Source: an uncultured Bordetella sp.
GTDB taxonomy: Bacteria; Pseudomonadota; Gammaproteobacteria; Burkholderiales; Burkholderiaceae_E
Assembly: GCA_964581825.1 (NCBI GenBank)
Contig: CAZORB010000001.1
Span: forward strand, 33,291-97,290
Direction: 5' to 3'
Length of the DNA: 64,000 nt
Part shown: positions 10,555 through 20,454 of the stretch, piece by piece
Position numbering within the stretch: position 1 is the stretch's first letter
How the letters are laid out: every line of letters starts with the position of its first letter
Made by a program: the position numbers and the translations under genes
Notes under the pieces: model-generated
Told to the model about the DNA's origin: nothing
Seen by the model: the letters and a program-made list of their open reading frames with translations, nothing else
The model's database searches: none

Positions 10555-12558
10555 TTACCCGCCTGCCGGTTGGCCCATTCGGGTTTCCACTGCGGTGATG
10601 CGGTCACGCCGCCCCGCCAGCACCACCACATCGCCCGCGGCAAGCATGAAATCGGCTGACGGCTCGAGCATCCGCTCGCGCGCCCGCACCAGCGCAGTCG
10701 CCCGCACACCGTCCTCAAGCATCGAGCCGAGCGAGCTTGAGGCGGCAACCGACCCTTCAATGACCGGTACCGCGTGCAGGTGCACATGGTCAGTTTCGAC
10801 GTCGTCCGTCTCCCGGTCATCGGCGCCGTGGAAAAACCCCTGCAATAGGGCATAGCGCCCCGCCCGAACCGCTCGGGCCCGGCGACGCACCCGCGCCATC
10901 GGTACACCGGCCAGCGCCATGGCATGCGAGGCGATCATCAGGCTGCCCTCAGCAATTTCTGGAACCACCTCGGTGGCACCCGCCTCACGCAGTTTCGCGA
11001 TGTCGGCCTCGTTGGCCGTTCGGGCGATAACTGGTAGCTGCGGCGCAAGCTGCCTGACCGTGTGGAGCAGCTTGAGCGCGCTGGGTAAATCGTCAAAGGT
11101 GATGGCGAGGGCGCGCGCGCGATGAATGCCAGCTGCCTGCAGCATGGCGGGCCGGCTCGCATCGCCGTACACCACCGACTCACCCGCCTCGGCCGCTTCA
11201 CGTACCCGGTCAGGGTCAGTGTCGAGGGCCACATAGGGCACGTTTTCAGCTTCCAACACATGGGACAGGCTCTGCCCGCAGCGCCCAAACCCACAGACGA
11301 TCACATGGTCACGTCTACCCACGCTACGGCTCGCGATCCGTTGGACCTCGAGCGAGCGCAACAACCACTCCTGGTTCGACGCCCGCAGCGCAAGCCGGTT
11401 CGCCTGCGCGATCAGCACCGGTGCGAGCAGCAGTGAGAGCAGGATTGCAGCCAGCAGCGGCTGGAGCGCTTCGGGCTCGAACAGCCCGCCCTTGAACGCT
11501 TGAGATAACAGCACAAACGCGAATTCACCCGTCTGCGCGAGCCAACAGGCCGAGCGAATCGCTACACCCGCCGACGCGCCAAACGCGCGCACCAGGCCCA
11601 ACACAATGACCGCCTTGATCAGCAGCAGCGCCGACAGGATGACCAGCACCTGCTGCCAGTTATCGACCAACGCCTGAGGTTCAAGCCGCGCGCCGATCGT
11701 CACAAAAAAGAGCCCCAGCAATACGTCGCGAAACGGCTTGATGTCCTCTTCAACCTGGTAGCGGAACTCGGTTTCCGCGATCAGCATGCCGGCGACGAAA
11801 GCGCCCAGTTCCATCGATAGCCCAGCCTGTCGCGTGAGCCAGGCAAAGAGCAGCGTGGCAAGCAGCACGTTGAGCGTAAAGAGCTCGTGCGAGCGGCTTC
11901 TGACCACCGCACCGAACCAGCCGCGCATGAGCCGAGGCCCAAACCGAAGCAGCAAAATCAGCAGCAGAACCGCCTTGACGAAGGCCACCGACAACGCCAC
12001 CGCGAGTCCGTCGGTTCCGCGCGACAGCGCTGGAATGACCACCAGGAGCGGAATGACGGCAAGGTCCTGAAAAAGCAGCACGCTGAACACGCGCCGCCCA
12101 TGATCTGTCTCAAGCTCGCGCCGATCCACCAGCAGCTTGGTAACCAGCGCGGTGGACGACATGGCCAGCGCAAACGCCACCACCAGCGCGGTGCGCCAGT
12201 CGAGTCCGGGTAACAGCCAGTTGCCCCAAGCGGCGGGCAGGCCCAGCAGCAGCCCCATCAGCACAAGCGCCGTGACGCCCACCTGCGCGCCGCCCAGTCC
12301 GAATACGAAGCCACGCATCGCGTTCAGCTTGGCAAAGTTGAATTCAAGGCCGAGCGAGAACATCAGAAAAACGACGCCGAGTTCGGCCGCCGCGTGCAGC
12401 GTGCCCTCGCCCTCGGCCAGACCGGCAGCGTGCGGACCGATTAGCACGCCGACCGCCAGATAGGCGATCAGCGGCGGAACGCCGAAGCGACGCAGCGGCA
12501 CCACGATCAGCGTGGCCGCTCCAAGCAGAATCAGCGTGAGTTCGAGACCGGACAGCAT
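10555..12558 (-). CDS. CPA2-family monovalent cation:proton antiporter with RCK (TrkA-N/TrkA-C) domains, KefC/YbaL-like
   Basis: The membrane domain starts at MLSGLELTLILLGAATLIVV (ATG 12558). Rossmann motif VIVCGFGRCG, then a C-terminal TrkA-C-like region. The 93-codon N-terminal extension in the ORF track (to 12837) overlaps kdsD and is rejected. Confidence 0.88.
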   Translation of the reverse strand: MLSGLELTLILLGAATLIVVPLRRFGVPPLIAYLAVGVLIGPHAAGLAEGEGTLHAAAELGVVFLMFSLGLEFNFAKLNAMRGFVFGLGGAQVGVTALVLMGLLLGLPAAWGNWLLPGLDWRTALVVAFALAMSSTALVTKLLVDRRELETDHGRRVFSVLLFQDLAVIPLLVVIPALSRGTDGLAVALSVAFVKAVLLLILLLRFGPRLMRGWFGAVVRSRSHELFTLNVLLATLLFAWLTRQAGLSMELGAFVAGMLIAETEFRYQVEEDIKPFRDVLLGLFFVTIGARLEPQALVDNWQQVLVILSALLLIKAVIVLGLVRAFGASAGVAIRSACWLAQTGEFAFVLLSQAFKGGLFEPEALQPLLAAILLSLLLAPVLIAQANRLALRASNQEWLLRSLEVQRIASRSVGRRDHVIVCGFGRCGQSLSHVLEAENVPYVALDTDPDRVREAAEAGESVVYGDASRPAMLQAAGIHRARALAITFDDLPSALKLLHTVRQLAPQLPVIARTANEADIAKLREAGATEVVPEIAEGSLMIASHAMALAGVPMARVRRRARAVRAGRYALLQGFFHGADDRETDDVETDHVHLHAVPVIEGSVAASSSLGSMLEDGVRATALVRARERMLEPSADFMLAAGDVVVLAGRRDRITAVETRMGQPAGG

Positions 12559-12570
12559 ATACTCAGTAGG

Positions 12571-13563
12571 GTGAATTCCCGATCCATTGTAGCCAGCGCC
12601 GACCGGCTGATCCTGCGCGCAGTCGAAGTGCTTCGCATTGAGGCCGAAGCAGTCGAGGCTTTGTCGCAGAGAATCGGCGCGCCGTTTGTTCAGGCCTGCC
12701 AAATGATTCTGGACTGCTCGGGGCGGGTGGTTGTCAGCGGCATCGGCAAGTCCGGCCATGTTGCCCGGAAAATCGCCGCAACGTTGGCTTCCACCGGCAC
12801 ACCGGCGTTTTTTCTGCATCCGGCGGAAGCAAGCCACGGCGATCTTGGCATGGTGACCCGCGACGACGTGCTGATTGCGGTATCGAACTCAGGCGCCACC
12901 GAAGAACTGGCTCGAATCATGCCGATCGCCCGACGGCAAGGTACCCGCCTGATTGCGATCACTGGCCGCGCCGACTCGCCGCTCGCTGTGCTGGCCGACG
13001 TGCACCTCGAGGCTGCGGTCGCGCGGGAAGCCTGCCCGTTAAATCTGGCCCCCACTGCCAGCACCACGGCAACGCTGGCGCTCGGCGACGCACTGGCCGT
13101 CGCGCTGCTCGATGCACGCGGCTTCGGCCCGGAAGATTTCGCGCGCTCCCACCCGGGCGGCGCGCTGGGCCGCAAGCTGCTGACACGCGTGGAAGACGTC
13201 ATGCGGCGAGATCCCGCACTGCCAAGGGTGCCAATCGGCGCCCCGCTGGTCGACGCAATTATTGAAGTCACTCGCAAGCGAATGGGCATGACTGCGGTCG
13301 AGCGCGCTGACGGTACGCTGGCAGGCGTCTTTACCGATGGCGACCTGAGGCGAGTGCTCGAGCGCGGAGCAGACATTCAGTCAATGCGGATCGATGAGGC
13401 GATGACGCCCGGCGCCGTCACGATCGGTCCCCAGGCACTCGCAGCCGAAGCGGTCCGAATGATGGAAGAGCGCCGCATCAGCGCGCTGCCCGTCACGGAC
13501 GCCGAACATCGCATGGTGGGCGCGCTACACATTCACGACCTGCTTGCAGCTAAGGTGTTCTGA
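12571..13563 (+). CDS. kdsD: Arabinose-5-phosphate isomerase (SIS + tandem CBS)
   Basis: GIGKSGHVARKIAATLASTGTPAFFLHPAEASHGDLG and SHPGGALGRKLL motifs. Its length matches E. coli KdsD (328 aa). The GTG start at 12571 is uncertain. Confidence 0.9.
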   Translation: MNSRSIVASADRLILRAVEVLRIEAEAVEALSQRIGAPFVQACQMILDCSGRVVVSGIGKSGHVARKIAATLASTGTPAFFLHPAEASHGDLGMVTRDDVLIAVSNSGATEELARIMPIARRQGTRLIAITGRADSPLAVLADVHLEAAVAREACPLNLAPTASTTATLALGDALAVALLDARGFGPEDFARSHPGGALGRKLLTRVEDVMRRDPALPRVPIGAPLVDAIIEVTRKRMGMTAVERADGTLAGVFTDGDLRRVLERGADIQSMRIDEAMTPGAVTIGPQALAAEAVRMMEERRISALPVTDAEHRMVGALHIHDLLAAKVF

Positions 13564-14138
13564 TGATCGTCACCGATGCCCGCAGCCGCGCTGCCCGGAT
13601 CAGGGTGCTTGCGCTCGATGTGGATGGCACCCTGACCGACGGGCGTATCTATATCGGTCCGCATGGCGAGGCAATGAAGGCCTTCAATGTGCGCGATGGG
13701 TTCGGTCTCACCCTGCTGCGCGAGGCAGGGCTGCAGCTTGCCATCATCACCGCCCGGCAATCGGAGATCGTCAGGCATCGGGCGGCAGAACTGGGCATCG
13801 CCGTGGTCATGCAGGGCGAGCGCGACAAGTTCGCAGCGCTGCAGACGCTATGCCGAAATCTGAGCATCACGCCAGACCAGGTGGGCTACGCAGGCGATGA
13901 CTGGACGGACCTGCCCGCGATGCTGGCTGCAGGCTTTGCCGCCACCGTGGTCGATGCGCCCGAGGCGGTGCGGTCGCGTGCGCACTGGGTATCGACGCTG
14001 GCTGCCGGATCGGGCGCCATTCGCGAACTGGCCGAGTTCATTCTCGACAGTCGAGGTGAGCTTCATTCGGCGCTTGCCCGTCGACTCATCTCGGCGGCCG
14101 CCCCTGAGCGCAGCGATCCGCAGCGGGGCGGGCGTTGA
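13563..14138 (+). CDS. kdsC: KDO-8-phosphate phosphatase (HAD)
   Basis: HAD motif LALDVDGTLTDG. ATG overlaps the kdsD stop. Confidence 0.9.
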   Translation: MIVTDARSRAARIRVLALDVDGTLTDGRIYIGPHGEAMKAFNVRDGFGLTLLREAGLQLAIITARQSEIVRHRAAELGIAVVMQGERDKFAALQTLCRNLSITPDQVGYAGDDWTDLPAMLAAGFAATVVDAPEAVRSRAHWVSTLAAGSGAIRELAEFILDSRGELHSALARRLISAAAPERSDPQRGGR

Positions 14139-14731
14139 GCCCGCGTTTTTACGACCGCCTCGCCGCGGCGATATCGATCGGTTTACTGCTGATGCTGGCT
14201 GCCGGCAGCTACTACCTGGCTGAAATCGCGCAGCGATTTACGCTGCCATCCCAGGCGCGCGACGATCCGGACATTGCTGATGCTTTTGGCGAGAAGGTGG
14301 TGCTGCTGCGCCTGAATGAACGGGGCGAACCGGTCTTTCGCATGAGCGCGGAGCGAATGGAGCACTTTCGCCGATCCGACACCAGCCACTACACGCTGCC
14401 CACCATGGTCTCACTCGACCCGGCCCGCCCGCGAATTACCGTTGCCGCCCAGCGCGGCAAATCGGTTCGTGAAAGCCAGGAGACCCTGCTCGAGGGCAAT
14501 GTAAGGCTCGACCGCCCCGGCACAGCCATCGAGCCGCCCATGAAGATCCGCACGGAGTTCGCTCGGATCTTCACGGACACCGAGATTGCGGTGACCGATC
14601 GTCCGGTGGTCGTGACCCGGGGTCAGTCAACCTTGACCGGCACCGGAATGGAATTCAATAATCGCGAACGAACCCTGCGCGTCGACTCTGAGGCCCGGGG
14701 AATTTGGGTGTCCGAGCGGCGCCCACCCTGA
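14135..14731 (+). CDS. lptC: LPS export protein LptC
   Basis: N-terminal TM anchor plus an OstA-like fold, positioned between kdsC and lptA. TTG start overlaps the kdsC stop. Confidence 0.8.
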   Translation: MSPRFYDRLAAAISIGLLLMLAAGSYYLAEIAQRFTLPSQARDDPDIADAFGEKVVLLRLNERGEPVFRMSAERMEHFRRSDTSHYTLPTMVSLDPARPRITVAAQRGKSVRESQETLLEGNVRLDRPGTAIEPPMKIRTEFARIFTDTEIAVTDRPVVVTRGQSTLTGTGMEFNNRERTLRVDSEARGIWVSERRPP

Positions 14732-14744
14732 GCGTATTCACCGC

Positions 14745-15518
14745 GTGCAACCTCCTCCATCACCCCAACATTCAACAGATGCGTTCGCCTGGCTTAGTCT
14801 TAGCCGGGCAGGCTTCTATGCCGGTGTTCGCGCCTTGCTGCGTTTCGCTGCGGCGCTGGCCGCGTTGTGCGTAACGGTCGCGCCCGCGCATGCCGAAAAG
14901 GCAGATCGCGATAAGCCGGTGCAGGTCGAATCCGACCGAATGGAGTATGACGACGCCAAGCGCATCAGCACCTTCATCGGTCGGGTTGTGCTCACCAAGG
15001 GCACCATTGTGATCCGCGCCGACCGAATGGTTGTCCGGGAGGACGCCGAAGGATTTCAATACGGTCGGGCCGAAGGGAAGCCGGCAAGCTTTCGCCAAAA
15101 GCGTGAAGCCCTTGATGAGCATATCGAGGGCTACGGACTCGAGATCGACTACGACGGCAAGGCTGAAACCGTGGTGCTCACCAGCGATGCCTCGCTGCGA
15201 AGGCTGGAGCGCGAGCGCGTGCTCGATGAAGTGCACGGCGCCCGCATCACCTACCAGAGCGCAGCCGAGTTTTATACCGTCGAGGGGCGCGCACCGGGCG
15301 CAACAGGCAACGATCGCGTCCGGATGGTGATCCAGCCACGGCGCGCCAACGGTACCGATTCATCTGCGGGCCCCGCTTCGACTGGTACCGCACCGGCAAC
15401 CGGTGCGGCGCCCGGAAAGCCCGCGAAACCGGCAACGGCTACGCCCGCCTCCCCCGGTTCGCCCCCCACAACGCTGCGACCTGCCGAATCGCTCGGCACC
15501 CCGCCACCTTCGCGCTGA
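14745..15518 (+). CDS. lptA: LPS transport periplasmic protein LptA with a Pro/Ala/Thr-rich C-terminal tail
   Basis: OstA-N core (KPVQVESDRMEYDD, GTIVIRADRMVV) after a signal peptide ending APAHA. The start codon is uncertain: GTG 14745, with no in-frame ATG before the signal peptide. Confidence 0.82.
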   Translation: MQPPPSPQHSTDAFAWLSLSRAGFYAGVRALLRFAAALAALCVTVAPAHAEKADRDKPVQVESDRMEYDDAKRISTFIGRVVLTKGTIVIRADRMVVREDAEGFQYGRAEGKPASFRQKREALDEHIEGYGLEIDYDGKAETVVLTSDASLRRLERERVLDEVHGARITYQSAAEFYTVEGRAPGATGNDRVRMVIQPRRANGTDSSAGPASTGTAPATGAAPGKPAKPATATPASPGSPPTTLRPAESLGTPPPSR

Positions 15519-15525
15519 GCCTCCC

Positions 15526-16284
15526 GTGACCCTCGTCTCGGCCGGCAGCCGGCTCGTCGCAACCCAACTGATGAAGGCGTATCACGGGCGGCGTGTTGTC
15601 CGAGATGTATCGATCGAAGTCGCGAGCGGGCAGGTCGTCGGACTGCTGGGCCCAAACGGCGCGGGCAAGACCACCTGCTTCTACATGATCGTCGGTCTCG
15701 TGCCGTGTGATGGTGGCAGCATCACGCTGGACGATAGGCCCATCGGACGGCTGCCGATCCATCGACGCGCCCGACTCGGCTTGGCCTACCTGCCGCAGGA
15801 AGCGTCGGTGTTTCGCAAGCTGACGGTTGAAGAAAACATCACTGCGGTGCTCGAGCTTCAGCAGGATGCCTCGGGTGCCCCGCTTGATAAGGCCGAAATC
15901 AAGCGCAGGCTCGATCGGCTGATCGAGGAACTGCAGATCGGGCATATCCGTTCCAATACCGCGTTATCGCTGTCAGGTGGCGAGCGGCGCAGAGTGGAAA
16001 TCGCACGGGCGCTTGCGAATTCGCCCCGGTTTGTACTGCTCGATGAACCGTTTGCCGGCGTTGATCCGATTGCGGTACTCGAAATTCAGCGAATTGTCCG
16101 TTTTCTGAAGGATCGAGGCATCGGAGTGTTAATCACAGACCACAACGTCAGGGAAACGCTTGGCATCTGTGACAGGGCCTATATCATTCGTGATGGTACC
16201 GTTCTTGCTTTCGGTCGGCCCGACGAAGTCGTCGAAAACGACGATGTGCGGCGCTACTACCTCGGCGAACATTTTTCGATGTAG
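15526..16284 (+). CDS. lptB: LPS export ABC transporter ATP-binding protein
   Basis: Walker [38 protein letters not shown] place the start at GTG 15526, 8 nt after the lptA stop. The longer ORF from 15403 overlaps the lptA tail. Confidence 0.92.
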   Translation: MTLVSAGSRLVATQLMKAYHGRRVVRDVSIEVASGQVVGLLGPNGAGKTTCFYMIVGLVPCDGGSITLDDRPIGRLPIHRRARLGLAYLPQEASVFRKLTVEENITAVLELQQDASGAPLDKAEIKRRLDRLIEELQIGHIRSNTALSLSGGERRRVEIARALANSPRFVLLDEPFAGVDPIAVLEIQRIVRFLKDRGIGVLITDHNVRETLGICDRAYIIRDGTVLAFGRPDEVVENDDVRRYYLGEHFSM

Positions 16285-16322
16285 CGCAGCGGCGGGCGGG
16301 CTCGTCGCAACACCAGGCCCTG

Positions 16323-17819
16323 ATGAAAACCGCTCTTCAGTTCAAACTTAGCCAGCAGCTCGCGCTTACGCCACAGCTTCAGCAATCCATTCGGTTGTTG
16401 CAGCTGTCGACGCTCGAACTCAATCAGGAGATCGAGCAGATGCTGGCGGAAAATCCGCTGCTCGAGCGTGAAGATGACCCACTCGGCGAGTGCGTCAGCA
16501 TTTCGGCAAGCGGTACGCTTGACCAGCCGCTACCCGTTGGACTGTCGGATCTGGGTGGTAGCCCGGCTGAAACGGGAACCCGCGGCGAGGCTGACGAGGG
16601 CGAAGCCGATCGGGAGAGCAGCAGCAGCACCGGCGAAGGCGATGAGGGACCTGTCGACTGGGGACATGACTCTGGCTCCAGGTCGCAAAACGACGATGAC
16701 GACGAGCGCGAATTCCCCCAGCTCGCAGGCGCCAGCGTGTCGCTTGCCGAACATCTGCGGGAACAACTCGCGGCAACGCGCCTCGAGCGACGCGACCGTG
16801 CGCTGGTTGATCTGCTGATCGATGAACTCAATCGCGATGGCATTCTGACAACCGGGCTCGACGAATTCCGCGAGGCGCTGCCCGCTGAACTCGAGATCGA
16901 TCCCGATGAGGTCGCGGCCGCGCTCCGGCTGCTGCAGAGTTTCGATCCGCCAGGGGTCGGCGCCCGCGACCTGCGCGAATGCCTGCTGCTGCAACTCGCC
17001 CAGTCCGGTCATGATCAGCCGGAGGCCAAAGCGCTCGCACGCGCCGTCATCACCGACCATCTCGAACTGCTTGCAGCGCGCGACTTCGTGCGCCTCAAAC
17101 GCGTGCTGCAGTGCGACGAAGAGACGCTGCGGCAGGCGCACACGCTGATCCGAAGCCTGGAGCCCAGACCGGGCTCGCGCTTCGGGTCCGATGACACCGG
17201 CTATGTCGTACCCGATGTGATCGTTCGGCGAACCCGCGCGGGCTGGACTGCGGCGCTTAATCCCGACGTGATGCCGAAACTGCGGGTGAACGACATGTAT
17301 GCCGATATCCTGCGCCGCAACCGTGGCAGCGCTGCCGGCAACCTGGCCGGGCCGCTCCAGGAGGCCAGGTGGCTGATCAAAAACATCGCGCAGCGGTTCG
17401 AGACCATCCTGCGCGTGTCGCAGGCGATCGTCGAGCGCCAACGCGGCTTCTTTTCACATGGTGCGGTAGCCATGCGCCCCCTCGTGCTGCGCGAGATCGC
17501 CGATACGCTCGACCTTCACGAGTCCACGATTTCTAGGGTCACTACGCAGAAGTACATGCTCACACCGCATGGAACTTTCGAGCTCAAATATTTCTTTGGG
17601 AGCCATGTCGCCACCGACACGGGCGGTGCCGCATCGAGCACCGCGATCCGGGCGCTGATCAAGCAGCTGATTGCCGCCGAGGATGGCCGCCGGCCGCTCT
17701 CCGACAGTCAGATCGCCGATATGCTCGGCGAACAGGGCTTCGTGGTCGCGCGCCGCACCGTCGCCAAGTACCGCGAGTCGCTTCGTATCCCGGCGGTCGC
17801 CCAGCGCAAATCGCTCTAG
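16323..17819 (+). CDS. rpoN: RNA polymerase sigma-54 factor
   Basis: Region [26 protein letters not shown], an acidic region II, and the RpoN box [10 protein letters not shown]. Confidence 0.97.
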   Translation: MKTALQFKLSQQLALTPQLQQSIRLLQLSTLELNQEIEQMLAENPLLEREDDPLGECVSISASGTLDQPLPVGLSDLGGSPAETGTRGEADEGEADRESSSSTGEGDEGPVDWGHDSGSRSQNDDDDEREFPQLAGASVSLAEHLREQLAATRLERRDRALVDLLIDELNRDGILTTGLDEFREALPAELEIDPDEVAAALRLLQSFDPPGVGARDLRECLLLQLAQSGHDQPEAKALARAVITDHLELLAARDFVRLKRVLQCDEETLRQAHTLIRSLEPRPGSRFGSDDTGYVVPDVIVRRTRAGWTAALNPDVMPKLRVNDMYADILRRNRGSAAGNLAGPLQEARWLIKNIAQRFETILRVSQAIVERQRGFFSHGAVAMRPLVLREIADTLDLHESTISRVTTQKYMLTPHGTFELKYFFGSHVATDTGGAASSTAIRALIKQLIAAEDGRRPLSDSQIADMLGEQGFVVARRTVAKYRESLRIPAVAQRKSL

Positions 17820-18043
17820 TCAACCGATCGGCCCCGCGACGCGTGGCACGGCCGCAACAGCTAAGCGCTGAAATCAACCGTGGCGCGTTGCAACATTCGG
17901 GCATATTGCGTCGCAGCAAACGTTCTCGTCGGGAATCCAGGACGCTTGTATACTCGCAGCACTTTTTTCAACCGGATCGATCAACGATCCGATCGAACGG
18001 TCCTGCCGACGCCTCCGCCGGCTGAGCCGCGGAGTATCCCTCC

Positions 18044-18514
18044 ATGAGTCGACTGACCCGGTTGCTTGCACCAGCCAATGTTGTGGTTGGAATGGCGGTG
18101 ACAAGCAAGAAGCGCCTCTTTGAACAGGTGGGGCTGCTGTTCGAAAACCTCTACGGCATTGAGCGGAGCCGGGTTTTCGACTCGCTGTTTGCACGCGAAC
18201 GACTCGGTTCAACCGGGCTCGGCGAGGGGGTGGCCATTCCGCACGGTCGTATCAAGGGTTTGCGCGAGGCGCGTGCCGCAGTCATTCGGCTCACCGAGCC
18301 GATCGCCTTTGACGCTCCCGACGGACAGCCCGTGTCATTGCTGGTATTTCTGCTGGTTCCCGAACACGCCACGGAAGAGCATCTCGAAATTCTGTCCGAG
18401 GTTGCTGAGCTGCTATCAGACCCCTCCATGCGCGGCCAGATGAACTGCGAGGCCGATTGCGACCGGCTCTACCAGGCGCTCGCGGTATGGGAGCCGTGTC
18501 GGCCCGCGGCCTGA
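18044..18514 (+). CDS. ptsN: PTS-Ntr EIIA protein
   Basis: EIIA-2 fold with the phosphorylatable His context GLGEGVAIPHGRIKG. Confidence 0.92.
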   Translation: MSRLTRLLAPANVVVGMAVTSKKRLFEQVGLLFENLYGIERSRVFDSLFARERLGSTGLGEGVAIPHGRIKGLREARAAVIRLTEPIAFDAPDGQPVSLLVFLLVPEHATEEHLEILSEVAELLSDPSMRGQMNCEADCDRLYQALAVWEPCRPAA

Positions 18515-18595
18515 GTCCTCCTATTGGGATTGGACGCGCGCAATGCGCGCCGAAACCGCTAAGCTCGCGCAGTTTCCGTCTAACCGAGGCACGCG

Positions 18596-19528
18596 ATGAG
18601 CGTCACCGTCGCTGATCTGTTTACCGCAAATGCTGCCGAGCTCGGCCTCTCCTGGATTACCGGGCGGCCTGGCGAAGCACGCGAAGTGGCGCGTACTGCA
18701 GCCGAACCCGCCGATCTGATCGGCCACCTGAATCTGATCCACCCGAATCGCATCCACGTATTCGGTCAGCCTGAACTGGATTTTTTCCTGCGGCATGAAG
18801 CCGCTCACCAGCAGGGAATCCTCGCGGATCTGATTGCGGGACATCCTCCCGCCGTGATCATTGCCGATGGGCTGCAGGCGACTGACTCACTGATCGAGGC
18901 GGCCACGCGCGATCGACTACCCCTTATTGCAAGCCCGCAGTCGGCCGCACGCGTCATCGACACGCTGCGCCACTACCTCGGTAAAGCCGCCGCCGAATCC
19001 TGCCAGATGCATGGCGTGATGATGGACGTGCTTGGCATGGGCGTACTGATCTCTGGCGAATCAGGCCTTGGCAAGAGCGAGCTCGCGCTCGAGCTGATCA
19101 GTCGCGGCCACGGCCTGGTGGCCGACGATGTCGTCGACCTGAGTCGCATCGCACCCCATACCGTTGAGGGCCGCTGCCCGCCTCTACTACGCAATCTGCT
19201 TGAAGTGCGGGGGCTGGGCCTGCTCGATATTCGAACGATCTTCGGCGAAACCGCCGTACGTCCGAAAATGAAACTTAAGCTGATCGTTCATCTGGTCCGC
19301 CGCAGCACCATGGAAAACGAATACCAGCGCCTGCCGCTTGAGGCGCTCACGCAGCAGGTTCTGGGCGTGCCGATTCGCAAAGTGGTGATCCCGGTCGCGG
19401 CGGGCCGAAATCTGGCGGTGCTCACCGAGGCCGCCGTGCGAAGCACTGTCCTTCAGCTGCGCGGCTTTGACACGATGGGCGATTTCGTCGAGCGTCAGCG
19501 CCAGATGATTGAAACCGGAGGCGGCTGA
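18596..19528 (+). CDS. hprK: HPr kinase/phosphorylase
   Basis: P-loop [14 protein letters not shown], and the [16 protein letters not shown] signature. Confidence 0.93.
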   Translation: MSVTVADLFTANAAELGLSWITGRPGEAREVARTAAEPADLIGHLNLIHPNRIHVFGQPELDFFLRHEAAHQQGILADLIAGHPPAVIIADGLQATDSLIEAATRDRLPLIASPQSAARVIDTLRHYLGKAAAESCQMHGVMMDVLGMGVLISGESGLGKSELALELISRGHGLVADDVVDLSRIAPHTVEGRCPPLLRNLLEVRGLGLLDIRTIFGETAVRPKMKLKLIVHLVRRSTMENEYQRLPLEALTQQVLGVPIRKVVIPVAAGRNLAVLTEAAVRSTVLQLRGFDTMGDFVERQRQMIETGGG

Positions 19529-19572
19529 AGGCTTGCGTCATGCACGCCTTTCTCCTCGCGTAAGATCGAGAC

Positions 19573-20454
19573 GTGCGCGTCATTCTGATCACCGGGCTCT
19601 CCGGATCTGGTAAATCGATCGCCCTTAGGGTGCTCGAAGACGATGGCTATTTCTGTATCGACAACCTGCCTGTGCGATTCCTGCAGGAAGTCATCGGCCA
19701 CCTGAACGAACAAGGTGCTGAGCGCGTCGCCGTTGCCATTGATTCACGCGGCGGTCACGAACTCGCGGAACTACCCTCGCTGGTTCATGGGCTCGGACGG
19801 TTTGGTCACGACGTCAAGGTGCTGTTTCTTGATGCGCGCAATGACACGCTGGTGCAGCGCTACTCCGAAACGCGTAGACGGCACCCCATGTCGTTGGCCA
19901 ACGAAAGCCCGACGGTACCCACGCTCACCGAGTCCATCGATCGGGAACGCGAGCTGCTCGCAGAACTTCAAGGGCTCGGGTTGTCCATCGATACCAGCGA
20001 TCTGCAACCCAATGTGCTTCGTACCTGGGTACGCGACGTTGTAGGCTCGGAGCGGGCGGCCCTTACCCTGCTCTTTGAGTCATTCGCTTACAAGACTGGC
20101 GTACCGCTTGATGCAGACCTGGTGTTCGATGTCCGCTGCCTACCCAATCCGTTTTATGTGCCGCAGCTGCGCCCACTCAATGGTCTCGATCAGCCGGTGG
20201 CCAGCTATCTCGACGGTATCGCTGCGGTTCAGCAGATGGTGAGCGATATCACCCGGTTTCTCGAAAACTGGCTGCCGCACTACATCCTTGAGAACCGCAG
20301 CTACCTGACGATTGCGGTGGGCTGCACCGGCGGGCAGCATCGCTCGGTCTACTGCGTTGAGCGCCTGGCTGCGACGTTTCGCGATCGCGAGCAGGTGCTG
20401 GTGCGGCATCGAGGCATTGCGATGCGCGAGCATGCGGGTGCCGCACACCGATGA
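19573..20454 (+). CDS. rapZ: RNase adapter protein RapZ (YhbJ)
   Basis: GLSGSGKS Walker A and the C-terminal IAVGCTGGQHRSV motif. GTG start. Confidence 0.93.
   Translation: MRVILITGLSGSGKSIALRVLEDDGYFCIDNLPVRFLQEVIGHLNEQGAERVAVAIDSRGGHELAELPSLVHGLGRFGHDVKVLFLDARNDTLVQRYSETRRRHPMSLANESPTVPTLTESIDRERELLAELQGLGLSIDTSDLQPNVLRTWVRDVVGSERAALTLLFESFAYKTGVPLDADLVFDVRCLPNPFYVPQLRPLNGLDQPVASYLDGIAAVQQMVSDITRFLENWLPHYILENRSYLTIAVGCTGGQHRSVYCVERLAATFRDREQVLVRHRGIAMREHAGAAHR

Noticed and set aside
12559-12837. A 93-codon N-terminal extension of the antiporter ORF (MACFRRMQKKRRCAGG...), which would overlap kdsD.
   Set aside because: The extension is Arg/Cys-rich and non-membrane. The conserved CPA2 membrane domain begins exactly at the internal ATG 12558 (MLSGLELTLILLG). 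The extension would overlap 267 nt of the well-conserved kdsD.
17844-17859. Sigma-54-like motif TGGCACGGCCGCAACA just after rpoN. A second near-match, TGGCAGTGGGGTTGGC, lies at ~38351-38366 upstream of the OYE reductase.
   Set aside because: The -24 GG element is fine in both. The -12 element is CAACA in the first and TTGGC in the second, instead of TTGCA/T, so the critical GC is missing or misplaced. No enhancer-binding-protein gene is nearby. I treat both as chance matches in GC-rich DNA unless a position weight matrix scan says otherwise.
17843-18025. A 60-aa ORF in the rpoN-ptsN spacer, considered as a possible degenerate hpf.
   Set aside because: Its translation (MARPQQLSAEINRGALQHSGILRRSKRSRRESRTLVYSQ...) has no resemblance to HPF/YhbH (MQLNITG...EITEALREFV type). 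It has no Shine-Dalgarno and is highly basic and low-complexity.
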